This document shows, piece after piece, positions 52,632 to 64,000 of a DNA stretch of 64,000 nucleotides. The position numbers and the translations under genes were made by a program. The stretch lies in NCBI GenBank assembly GCA_047495785.1, contig JBLDXI010000055.1, forward strand, positions 558,001-622,000, in the 5' to 3' direction. This stretch comes from Lepidodermella squamata. Lineage: Eukaryota; Animalia; Gastrotricha. How positions within the stretch are numbered: position 1 is the first letter of the stretch; every line of letters starts with the position of its first letter. The notes under the pieces were generated by a model. The model saw nothing but the letters and a program-made list of their open reading frames with translations, did no database searches and had not been told where the DNA came from.

Positions 52632-53257
52632 ATGGACGTTAGAGTTGTGGTAGACGACAAAATAGGGCTCACTGCGGACAAGCAAGATCAAGCACTGAAT
52701 GAAGAAGACAACGAATGTTCATGGTGGGCAAGGTGGCTCATAAAAGCTATCATAATTTTGGTGGCCATCGGTGTCATAATCACCGGCGTTGTTGGCATTA
52801 TCACCGTCAACCCGCTCTGCATCATCGGAAGTGTCTTCGTAATAATCGCTGGGTTGGCAATCATCGCCATTGAAGCGCCGATTTGCTGCCAAGCCGTGAA
52901 ATGGGTCCATGTAGTTCAGCTCTTCTTTCAACGCCGCAAGCGATGGCAAAAGGCTATTTTCTACACTCTGTAAGCCATATTTGAATGACATAAAATTCGC
53001 CTGTTTATAACACAATCATTTCTTATAGCCTCGCCATTATTCCAATTGCAACTTGCCAATCACCAACAGTAATAGGAGGATTTATCTTAATCCTATTCTG
53101 TGCTATGCTGTACGGCATTTTGGCGATAGGTAGAAAGTAAGTATTTTTGATAGATGAAATCCACGTGTAAAACTTGCAATCCTAATTCACTATCAGGGCG
53201 AACAGCGGCGCCATGCGACAAACTGCTGAGCAACAAGCAGCAGCAAATCCTGTTTAA
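52632..53257 (+). CDS. CACFD1: Calcium channel Flower homolog
   Basis: Three exons; WWARW, NPLCII, IEAPICC, WQKAIFY, LYGILAIGRK. TATAAAA at 52529-52535 upstream. Confidence 0.88.
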
Positions 53258-54260
53258 ACTTTTTCGTACCAATCATATAGGTGTATTTGTCAGTTAGTAC
53301 TTCCTAACCAGTATTATTGATGCGATCATGATGTCCCTCAAATGGTGACAAATAAATCAGGTTTGCCTGTACTAAGAATTTCAAGTTTTTACTATAATGT
53401 AATCGACCGAATTTATGAGAAAACAACCCTCATTCCAAAGCAAGTTTGGGGAATATCTTAAATTTGGATCCAATCCTATCCTAACTGTGCCCTATTTCAT
53501 GCCCGTTTTTGTTGAAAATTCATGTGAAGTGAAAGAATTATCTTAATCTGGGTGTTCCACTATTTGAAGTTTCAAATTGAATTGCAAAAATTAGCCGGGG
53601 GCATGGGCGTTATTACGTTTTAACGGTTACTTCCACCTCCTAGATTCATCTTTGGGCTCGGGTGTTCTAAGATTCATCCTGCAAATCTATCCATAAAAAC
53701 TTAATTAGTCATCTCTGATCTCTGTATCCGCGCCGAATTCAGAAAATAAGCCATTTTAAATTTTGCTCTTTTATTTTTTGTCCATCGACTTTTAATTAAA
53801 TTATAATAATATTATTTAAATAGCTTCTCTTATTCATTGTTGTAATGCTGTTATATTTACAGAACAGGTCGTATGAAGCAATAAGAACGACGCAAAAAAA
53901 TTGCTAAGGTGTTCAATAAATTTCAGCTCTTTGCCGCGGTCAGGTAACAAGCTCAACAAAAAAACCAAGAGAAAATACCCAAATGGCAAAAACTGAGACA
54001 ACATTCAATTTATACAATAAAACGCGGGGTAGAAAATGAGAAATAAATTCAGTAATAAATTTTAACAGCTAGGTATCATACAACACAGCAGTGAGACACT
54101 GATGACAATTTGAGAATTTTGAGCCAAGCGCTCGCATAAAATAATAAAATCGCGCCTTTTGGATGTAAAAAAGATATTTACAATATTTGAACAATTACAC
54201 AGATGAGATGATGATATTCAATAAGAAATTTAAAGTATAGTATAAGCTGTAAAATAACGT

Positions 54261-57200
54261 TCATGGCTGTTGCTGGATGGTGTTGAGCCACGCCGTCGGC
54301 GTTGGTGCCGTCGCGATTCGTTTAGCCAAAGGTTCGATGACCCCACCTGCTGTTTGCGGAGGCATGATGACACTTGTCACCCCGGATGTCGGAGCCAGGT
54401 AATGCCCACCAGGCGACGAGGCGAACGGGGAGCCGTTAGACGAGGCATAGCCGCCGTTATTGCCAGCATTGAATGGCCGTTTCATTCCTAGTTGAGTAAT
54501 GCTCTGAATCTGGCCATTTTTGCCTGGCAAAATCGTATTCGATCCAGTCAAATTATTCGGCCGATTTTGAAGTGACAGTTGTGGCTGAGGTTGGTTCGAA
54601 CTAGACCCATTCTGCGGCACAGAGCCTTGCCAGGTCGGGAAATAACTGCCGCCGCCGTTCTGCATCATAGATTCCGGCGAGAACCAGCACGAATTCGGGG
54701 TAGGTGGCGCTGTTTGTTGAGCCCCGCCGTTGTTGCACATGACAATTGTAGTTGGCGCAGCGCCAAGTACCAACCCAGCCGTCGCTGATGCAACAGCCGA
54801 GGCGACCGAGTCCGACGTAGTCGATGTGGGCAGTTTCTTCGCCGCTACTTCCGATGATGACATCGAAGAAGACGACGAATCTTGCTGAACGGTTTGCTGG
54901 TTGGCCACACCAGCAGCTACGTTCGAACTTGCATGGGCGTTGAAATTTTCAATATGCAACGTGTAATTGATGGTATGCGCGTGAATGCCGCCGACAAGTT
55001 GCAACGAATTCGCCTGTTGTTGGTTGCTATTAGCCTGGCAACTACTCGGCTGTTCCGCGTTGAATCGGCCCGGTGTTGGCGCCGGGGTGTTCAACAGCGA
55101 CGGCGTCATTGCCCCGTTCGACCCGAAATCAGCACCTTGATGCGGCTGGTTGTTGAACAAACGCTCGTACGACTCCATGCCAGTCACTGAACCCATGGCC
55201 GATTTGTTGAAGAATGAATAATCGCCAGAGAAGAAGTCAGCGTTGCCAGACCCGGTCGACATGAAGCCGCCCATGTGGTAGTTTTGCTGCGTCCGGTTCT
55301 GGTGGTAGAGGGATGGCGATTCGCCGAAGCAATTCGACCGTTGTTGCCAGATTGAGTTGCTGTTCGGTAGCAGGCCTCGACTTGATTCTTCCAGCTTCGG
55401 CGTTTGGCTGGTCGAGTTGAAGCCGCCTCGGAAGCCAGGGTCGACCTGTTGATGCGGTTGGAACGCGCTGATTGGCGATGGCTTCACCAAGGTCGGGGCT
55501 GGCACGATGCTTCGAGGGGCTGGCACGAGTAGTTGATGATGGCGTTGAGCCTCGGCGGCGATTGCTGAGCAAATATCGGGGATGTTGCTGGTCGACGTTT
55601 GGGCGGCGGCTGGTTGGCGCGGGATGAACGAGGCGGGCGGGTAGGGGGATGAAGCAAAAATTTGTTGATCTTGGCTAATGACGTGGTTGACGGAGACGAT
55701 GCAGTGAGGCCGAGATGAGCGTGAGTTGCTGACAATGGTCTGGACGCTTTGCACCCACACCCAGCCACCATCACGAGTGAGCACCCGATAGTAAGAAGTA
55801 ACACATTGACCCTTCATCAACACTACGGAAAAAAAAAATAAAAATAAAAAACAATCAATTGATAAATTATTCAAGCTTACATAAATGATGATTGGCCCGA
55901 AAATTTCGCAGGTCATCGCAGTGGATCAAGTTGTAGAGATTCTTTTCGATCAGATCTTGCGGTTCGTAACCGAGCAGTTCAGTCACCCGAGGTGTTTCGA
56001 CAAATAGCAGTTTCATATCTAACGTAGTCCGAAGCATGAATAGCGAAGAGCTTGCTAGGCGAAGTTCGGTCGCACTCGCCGGGGGTACACTGACCCCGAC
56101 GAGAAACATAGCGAAGGGGGCGAATGACGGTAACGGCGGGCTGGAGCAGGGTGGCAGGTGAGGCGAGGGCACCCGGGCGCCGCCGGAACCAGCCGACGAA
56201 GACGTGCGCCGGTCTTCTTGATCATTTGTCCGATCTTCAATGAAAATGCCATTGCCCAGCGATAGAGGCATGCCGTTGTTCGGCGGGGAAGGGCTGGTAG
56301 CTGACATAGCGCCGTTGTTGTAGCCATTATGCCACCCGTTATTAGCCCCATTCGATGGCGGCACTGGAGGCGCAGGCGGGATCGACCTGACGTAGCCGAC
56401 GCAATGAATCACCTTCATGCCGCCATGCACGATGCCGGCATTTCGCTTGGCTAGCACGCATTTCATGCGCAAAACAACTGAGACCGGAATTCGAAAATCT
56501 TGCTGATTATGAACGTTGAGCAGTTGCGATTTGTAGAAATTGATCAGTGACGTCAGCTCGTTGTGATCTTCCTGATGCAGGTACTCGCCGATAGGTTGGC
56601 CTGTCATTTCAACCTGAGACAAGCCTAGGTGTAGACTCGCGGCTTCTGAGACGTATATGAGCTTGCCATCCGCGCCAACAACCAGTAGAAACCCGTCGAG
56701 GGCCTGGGCGAGCTGCTGCCCGGCCTGCCACGGACCATTGAACTTGCCGGTTGATTGGCCGCCATCGGATGGGTCGACGAACGGCGCAGTACATGGCGGT
56801 GGGGTCGAAGCCGGCAATTTCGGTTGAATGAACGAGGCTAGATTAAAGAAAAATTAAATTATTTAACTTCGATTTTTCGACTTTTTGTTTGGATTTTGGG
56901 TTTTTCTTTTCATTTCAAAGTTGACCACAGTTTTAAATTTAGTGGTCAAATCGTGAACTGAAGTTGATTTGGCACGACAGTACGTGTTTATCGCGTTTAA
57001 CGGCGCCGAACGTGCCTCCGCGGCGATGGAGGCTGTTTGCGAAGAGCCGCAACGCGCGCCGTCGAAACGTGCGCGAAGCCGCATATCGGCGTGGAGGCCG
57101 CAGAACACACGAGAACGGCGCCGGTGTCGACGCGCCGTGAAGATGAACGAGGCTCGGTAAACACAGGTATTTTCAACGCAGCGACGAAGCGCGCGCGCTC

Positions 57201-58312
57201 AGAAGTTATTATCGAGAGCGTGTTTACTTTTCGAACCATGTTCGCTTTTACGTTCTCGACTATGGAATTTTACTGGATTGAGGTATAAAAGGCAGAGTAA
57301 GAAGCCGCCGAGACGAACCTAAGAGCACGATCGGCAAAACTCGCCGAGTTGTTGTTGATTCAGCTAATAACGCGGTTAGGTGTAGCGGCGACTCAATAAT
57401 CGAAATTAGTAGTCTATTATTGTTTTATTATTAGTGTTATTTACTGCGGTGTTGCTACTACTACTATCGATTAGCGGAGGGCGAATAAGGCGCAGCGCGC
57501 GTTAACTTGCGAGGTCATCGGTTTTGATCACGAATCGAAATCACGTCAAAGGCAATGCAGTGTTATCAGCCGCGCAATTAGGCGCGGTATCGTTTTTCCG
57601 GCGCGCGTCACTTCGTAATCACAGCTCGCGAATCGGCGCGAACGTGTCCAGCAGTGGAAATACTATCTTATCTTGCGCGCAGATTTTTATTGCGGTGCCT
57701 TTGACGGAGGTTATTATACGGCGCCGCTAATTTGGCGCGCGAGCGGTAGCAGAGCGTCAAGTTTTATAGCACTTGAAACACCATAAAAACTAAATAAAAA
57801 TCAATCGACAGGTGTTCGGTGCATATGATGAAAGCTACTTGTACAACTTATCTCGACAAGTAGCATATGGCTACATTGACTAATAGATAAGAAAAAAAAT
57901 GAGAAATCAAAACTTACTGTTTGAGGAATCAGTTAACGATTTGCTTGGGTGATAATCGCCGCGCATCTGCCCCATCATTGGAGTTGGAGGCATAGAAGGA
58001 AGTTGCTGATGAGGAGAGAAAATTCGCTGTTGTTGTTGTTGTTGTTGCTGCTGCTGCTGCTGAGAGTTCGATTCGGCATTTTCGAGCAGTAACCGGCGTA
58101 ACCGCAAAAAAGCTGTTGCCAATCTGATGACAGAGGCTTTGTCCAATTGACCTGAAATAGCGTCCGGCAGCGGTAAAAGACGCGCCAATTCCTACATAAA
58201 TAGGTGAAAATAAGAAATAAACACAAGAGGCATTGATTTTACGAACCTGAAATTCGACTTTCTCTTTCTCACGGCGCGTCTTAGCCGCATTCTTGGACTT
58301 CTCTTTCATCAT
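54261..58312 (-). CDS. sim: Single-minded bHLH-PAS transcription factor
   Basis: [16 protein letters not shown]...ELARLLPLP...LDKASVIRL; [32 protein letters not shown]; [36 protein letters not shown]; Q/S/N-rich C-terminal region. Confidence 0.96.
58027..58062 (-). repeat. CAG/CAA repeat encoding Q12 in Sim
   Basis: Read directly, just after the bHLH domain. Confidence 0.9.
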
Positions 58313-58790
58313 TTTCGAAAGATGAAAATTGCTGTTCTCGTGTAGTTGCAGTTTCGATGGATTTCTTGTTATAAACGTGATATAAATTTAAAAATCTATG
58401 ACAGTGAAATGGCGATCAATTATAATGAAACCACGAATGCGGAAAAGAGAGCGTTAAAATTAGGGTGGAATTGCGCAATTAATCGTGCGCACCTCAAATA
58501 AATTTCCACGTGATCGAGCGCAATCGCTGACTTCTTTGATCCACGCTAAAATGGCAAATTCGCCGAAATTTGTCTTTGAAAACATTAACAGAACATTTTA
58601 AAACTGTCTTGTTAAAACAATAGGCTGGCGAAAATTGATGGATTTGAGAATAAAATGTCAAAAGAGCAACTCGCAGCGTTGAGCCAGAACGTAGAGGTGA
58701 TAATAAAACATCATCAACGAGTGGACAAGGCAAAAGGACGCGCGGCGAATGAGCCAGCGAGTGTGCAATTGATCCGCACTTGAGCTTCTC

Positions 58791-58850
58791 GCGCGCTGAT
58801 TGGCCAGCGCGCAAGTCACGTGCCGCACACAGCCAATCAGCAGCGCGCGC
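58791..58850. promoter_or_regulatory. Candidate sim proximal promoter: inverted CCAAT boxes flanking an E-box
   Basis: GCTGATTGGC (58795-58804) and GCCAATCAGC (58832-58841) form a perfect inverted pair around CACGTG (58817-58822), about 500 bp upstream of the sim ATG. Confidence 0.5.
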
Positions 58851-61597
58851 TACGCAAAAGGCACACGTTATCGCACCTAAGATGCTATATTAGCAGCTGC
58901 CGACGTGGCGGCTTCTCAAGTTGCCTTGAGCAATAACAAAAAGCTGAAAAGTGTAGCCCGGGCCTTTTTGCTCGGGCCTATGCGCAAAGGAGTGAATTAA
59001 TCTCAGCTGAGGCTTTGACCAAGAATTATCGCGCTATTATTTTCAGCTGCGCGCGATGCGCTGGCAAGTGGCGACAAGTGGCCGCTAGATATAAGATCAA
59101 CGCGTACCTTCAAATTTTGCTGAAATATTTTGACGCGATCTATTTATTTTGTATTACTTATATTATATTGTTCCACACCGTTACTTATATATCAATTTAC
59201 TGCGTTTGACCCGCAAAGCCTTATATCGCATCTCGACACAGGCTATTGATGCAAAACTTTGCGTAAAAATGAACAAGCGCAACTTCAAAAGCCGTGTGGC
59301 ACTCGACAAATCGCAACTTAGCGGCGCATAGATGGCTAGATAGAGGTGTAATAAAACAAGGTGTATTTTCTAAGGGATGATTCCCGCTGGGTGATTACAA
59401 ACGCGAAACTTTTGACTGGCCGAAAAGACACCGCGCGCAGAGGTTCTAATGTCGTTGGAACAGGATGTTAAGTTAGGTGCCGATAAGGAATGCGTGCGAT
59501 GAGGCGCATCTTCCCCGGCGCAGATACAAAGATTCCGCGCACGGGCTAATCCGCGCCGGGAGAGAGCTGGATTAGGGGGCGTGGAGTGGTCGCGCACTTT
59601 CTCAGATCAGCCCCACTTGTCGATTAAAAACTAGGAAGTCGAAGCGCTCTCGAATATTAAAATCTCATTCCTGGCTCGTAGCCTACAATTTTTATGCGCT
59701 CTCTCCGAAAACCGGATACCGCGTGCCTGGCGCGAGAAAAGTCTCACCCTGTTATCATAACAAACTTGTCAAGAGCTCAATGATACATGCTATTAATATT
59801 ACGCCAGGCGATGACAGTATCACAACGAAAATAGCAAGAAACCGCCACCGTCGCGTGAGTGCTCCGTTCAATTTAGCCACTCGATATTTGGATACAGGTG
59901 CGCGTGGAACGGGCGCGCGCTCTCTCGATTCCTACTATGCCTAGCATATAGCGCTTGATGTGGGAGCGGTCAGGAAGTCGTCATCGTTACGCTCTCGTAT
60001 ATCGCGATGATTTGTTTTGACATTGTTGATCTAGGCATCGCGAAACAGACGATGTCAAGAGCTCGCGCGCAGAATGTAACAACCTACAAATAAATGTTAT
60101 CGATACATTGCGCACCGTGTATTGAACCAATAACAAAACCGGTAGAAGATCTCACAATGACATCTTTCAACAAAAATCTGGAATTAATAATTAACCGCGC
60201 GTGTTGTGCTCTTGCTCTTCGAGGAAGAATTTTAACTAGGTGCATCATTATCGCGCCAAATTGAAACTTTGCATCCTGCCGTAACGCAGGAGAGAGTTCC
60301 CGATGTCGCTAGCCCTTCTTGCGCAATTTTTTCAAGAGAGTACGGCGCCTTCCCTTTCGCATCTCTGTGTGCCGGTCACGTTTTGCTCCGCTGCCGAGGA
60401 GAGTGTTTTGCGAAACCGTGAAATGACCCCTCCATCAAACGGCCTTCTTCAGTATAGTTGTTATACACATTGATGTACTCGCGAAGTACAAGGAAGCGAA
60501 TTTTAATACTACCATCAACGTTTTCAAGCCTGCTGTTTTATTATTCACGAATCACTAAGTAGGTCATAACCAGGCTTTAGTACCTTCAAATTCTATTCCC
60601 GAATTTATCCGAGAGTGTTCATTTTAGACAGGAGACAGGAGACAAAACAGCGCCATTTTACATTGTAAACCTGAAGTAACGCCAATCTTGTGAGTACAAC
60701 GTTATTCTTGCGATCAGAAAGCGATAATTAACCAATGTATGCCGAGCATGCGGCTGAAGTAAACACATGCAGGAGTTTCCAATTTCCGATGGTTAAAATA
60801 GTTATATATTTTTTCATTCATTTCTATACGCTCAATGATAGCCGCACTAGCCAATAATGAAAGGCCTTCGGAATCACGTGGCAGCGATACGTTGACCTGA
60901 AAACCAGTAGAATTTATAAATTTAAGTGATCATAGTTTTATTAGCGAAAGAAAATTGATTCGACGGAAGGAGTGCCTTGTGTTGCCCTTGTGTTGCTTGT
61001 GTTCAGCATTGCTATTAGCCCATCGAATTAGCCAGTTTTGAACAGAGATCACATTTTTCCACGCTTTCTGAAGCAGGTACAGGTCGAATACAATTATCAT
61101 TAACGAAATCTCGGATTAAGTTGTTCTTTCCTTTCTCATTTATTCAGTTCGTTTCGGTTGAGCCACGAATCGAGTTGAGGGTGTGAAATAAATTGCGTAT
61201 GCGTTTCTTGAGTAAAGACTTTTCATTTTATTGCCAAATTGTCCTGAACATCAACAACATCAATACTTCAACGGAAGAGATGATATTATGTTCGAATAAG
61301 GTGTCATCGAATAAATTTATTTGAGAACTACCTGGTCTATTCGAGAACTTAAGGGGCAATGGCTGAAGGATAAATTGTCATCTGAGCCCCAAACTTTGTG
61401 TTTGGTTCCAGCTAATTCAATTTACAGAGGTCGCATTGAGCAGCCTGCGAATAGTAGCATGCCATGACCTCATTTTGAGACAGGGCTGAAAATGTACACG
61501 TATTTAGGGGCCTGTTGACGATCGTCCCCATACATTTTGATCAAGTTCGGCTCTGTAGTCTTTGTGTTATGATAAATAACGTTACGACCTCCATTTT

Positions 61598-61641
61598 TGG
61601 CCAATTCGCCCCAAGTGCACAGTTCACCCCAAACGACGGTA
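61598..61641 (-). mobile_element. Possible solitary terminal repeat of a Tc1/mariner-pogo-type DNA transposon or MITE
   Basis: Minus strand TA-CCGTCGTTTGGGGTGAACTGTGCACTTGGGGCGAATTGGCCA: TA flank and an internally duplicated TTGGGGYGAAYTG. No partner end or transposase seen. Confidence 0.3.
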
Positions 61642-62810
61642 CCAGCTGTAACATATATTTCCGGCTCTATATACCGGCGCCAACACGAAACAGGCAAAAA
61701 TTAATAATCGAAAGCGAGGTTAGCTAAATTTTAGCCGTTCGGATCGAAATTGTCTATGAGATCTGAGATAGTCATTGGCGTTCTAGTCGATGAGCCCGGT
61801 TAGAATGCATATTTCGAAGCAAGTATTTTGAGTTTGCTCTCACGCTCAATTATTGAAAACAACGCGCCCTTCGTCCCAAAAATTCTCCGGGAAAATCATT
61901 GCTTACATTACTATTTTCTGAACTGCCAGTGTAACCAGGCTGTTGATCTCACTTATTTAGCCATCTTCATAACGGGAATAGCGCTGGGAGATTTCGATGA
62001 GTTGTCACAGTAGTCACTGAGTTAAGGCTGATCAATATTACAACGATATTCATGTGTCATTGTCATTGCTTTTTTGCCAATTTCAAGCCATTATAAAGAA
62101 GCACCAATTGAAATTAGGTATCCTGCGTTTTTGAACTCACCAAAATGCAATGGGGGATCGTTGGGGCTTTTCGTAAAAATGGGAAACAAGTGGCTAAGTC
62201 TAGTGAACTTCATACATTGCATCATTCACATTTTTAAGAGCAGAATTAGACAAGCTATGAACAGATAATCGACGAGGATCAGTGAAAATTGAACGTCATT
62301 GCTGCAGCAAGCTTGCAACGACCGCAAAAAATCTACGAGGATCACCTTTTTCATGCGGTTAACCTTAAGTATAAAAATAGATTAGAGAATATCTAATATT
62401 GCAGATATTAATTTTCTCAACGAAAATGATAATTTAATTTTTCTGAGTAACGATTGGCCTTAGCAACGTGTTGCTTCCTCTGCATTATCCGCTATGTACA
62501 CCCCTCTTGAAAGCGCGAATGACAGGTTACGGTTCTAGGCGTTCTTTAGATGCGCCTTTTGATTTCGAACTTCTGAAAAGGATACGTCCGCAGAGCCACC
62601 GCTCCAGCCGTGGATGGAATGCAGGTCGGAATGCTCTGAGTTATTGGAATTAACAACATCTAAATCGTTGCCTCAGCCTGAGCCAGTTGTAGGCGTTCAG
62701 AGGAAGAGCTATACAGCCAGTACAGTTCCCCTGAATGCTCATGAGACTAGCTTATACGCTGCCCTTATGGCCAAGTCACCGAGTCGCTAGCAGAGCCGGC
62801 TTAGTCAGTG

Positions 62811-62849
62811 CCCTCTACCCTACCCTACCCTGCCTTACCCTGCCCTACC
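62811..62849. repeat. Degenerate (CCCTA/CCCTG)n pentamer repeat
   Basis: Read directly. Confidence 0.7.
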
Positions 62850-63451
62850 AGAGCCTGTTTTGGTTGAAGGAATCATGCCTTCTTGCCTGCCTTGTGCGGG
62901 TATTCATGTGTGTTTAGAGGAGATGATCTAGACACGGATTTGCCCGCAACAGACGTTAAAGGGTGCAAACGTGGCTTGCCATATCACCAACTTGGCCCGG
63001 GATGACCATATAAGATCACCCTCTTTCCCTCACACAGAGTGCGGTTACGAAAATTTTCAGCGTGTGAAACCAAACATCATCATAATCACCAAAAGCCGCT
63101 CTCATAGCTGGAATAACTGCATTCTGGCGAGCAGCAAAATATTTATGCCTGCATGAACAATATTACTATCGCTGTTACTTACTTTCTCGACTGTGAACGA
63201 TCTCTCTCTCTGGAAAGCGTAAGTCAATGTTATGCGGTACAATCACTCAATTAAAGTTTATCAAGGTCATCGAAGCTGATTATTTAACTCGCCTGTATTC
63301 TTTCAGAAGTTTCTCCAAGTAAAGTTATTACTTATTACTGATGCTTTGGAACCTTGTTAACGTTTGACCCCCGATGGCTTCTATTACTATCACCTTATTA
63401 TTTAGATAGTACTACTTTTTGTTTTAAACAATTTACCGGAGACACTTCCTA

Positions 63452-63953
63452 ATGGAGCAACGCGAAAAAAATCAAATGGAAAAAGACTTGCAGCGTTCTA
63501 TGGAAAAAATTCAAGAATTTGAGCGTTACAGTGAGAAGAAAGACTTGAACAGAATGTTCGAGTGTCTCATGTCAACTTTAATACTCCACAAACCAGATGA
63601 TCCCGTAGATTTCCTCGCGGTACTTACTTCACATGTCTTTGTTACATATATTGTAGCGTTTGCTTTCTTTGGTAGAAAATGCTTACGGAACTGGAAGGTA
63701 GTGGGATTGAAAAATCAGCTCTAGGCTGGGAGTCTTTCATTTCAGAGCTTCACCCTAGACGTGATGCTACAAGGTTATAGAACTTTCACAATTTCGCTCG
63801 CGTTTTTCATTTTTTGTTCTCAGGCTGTCTCAAATTAAAGACCAGAATGACCCATTCTACCGCGAGCATACGAAACGCAAAGCCGAGCGGCCTTCTTCTA
63901 GCGAAACGCAGCAGCCAAGCACTCTATTTCAACTCACGGAGCTGCGAAAATGA
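63452..63953 (+). CDS. Small protein with an RIIa/Dpy-30-type dimerization-docking domain
   Basis: Three exons join in frame: ...YSEKKDLNRMFECLMSTLILHKPDDPVDFLA|KMLTELE...GWESFISELHP...|...LFQLTELRK*. The LFE.L...L...KP.DP..FL pattern plus W..F resembles the adenylate kinase 5 N-terminal D/D domain, with no kinase domain following. Confidence 0.75.
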
Positions 63954-64000
63954 AATGCTTTTTCGATTTGGTTTTGCTTCGATTGATATAAACTGCTTTT

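Noticed and set aside
56863-57730. Several overlapping Arg/Ala-rich ORFs inside the large sim intron
   Set aside because: GC/CpG-rich non-coding sequence produces such ORFs on both strands; no domain similarity, more likely regulatory.
59015-63156. Scattered 60-75 aa ORFs upstream of sim
   Set aside because: No motifs and no consistent exon chain; lengths expected by chance.

Overview
Gene-dense invertebrate animal (metazoan) genomic DNA with very short introns (mostly 47-61 bp), so the ORF track shows exons rather than whole genes; I joined exons by hand using splice sites and reading frame. Contents in order: two tandem Na+/K+-ATPase-alpha-like P2C pumps (the first cut by the window edge) with a DEG/ENaC channel and a TPR-RRM gene between them; an intronless CYP3-clan P450; two tandem chimeric receptor genes; two more TPR-RRM paralogs flanking a TSSK-like kinase; a large low-complexity CAP-Gly protein; a CD2AP/CIN85-like adaptor; glucosylceramide synthase; Flower; single-minded; and a small RIIa/Dpy-30 docking-domain gene. 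The top candidate for an undescribed system is the pair at 15802-23762 (minus strand). Each splices in frame into signal peptide + two L-type-lectin-like beta-sandwich domains + Thr/Ser mucin stalk + a complete Cys-loop ligand-gated ion channel subunit (predicted 1189 and 1027 aa). Second is the pump pair, which keeps all catalytic motifs but has replaced several canonical Na+/K+-coordinating residues (N776, E779, D804, D926 and the C-terminal YY). All gene models and family assignments come from manual reading and remembered family motifs; no searches were run.
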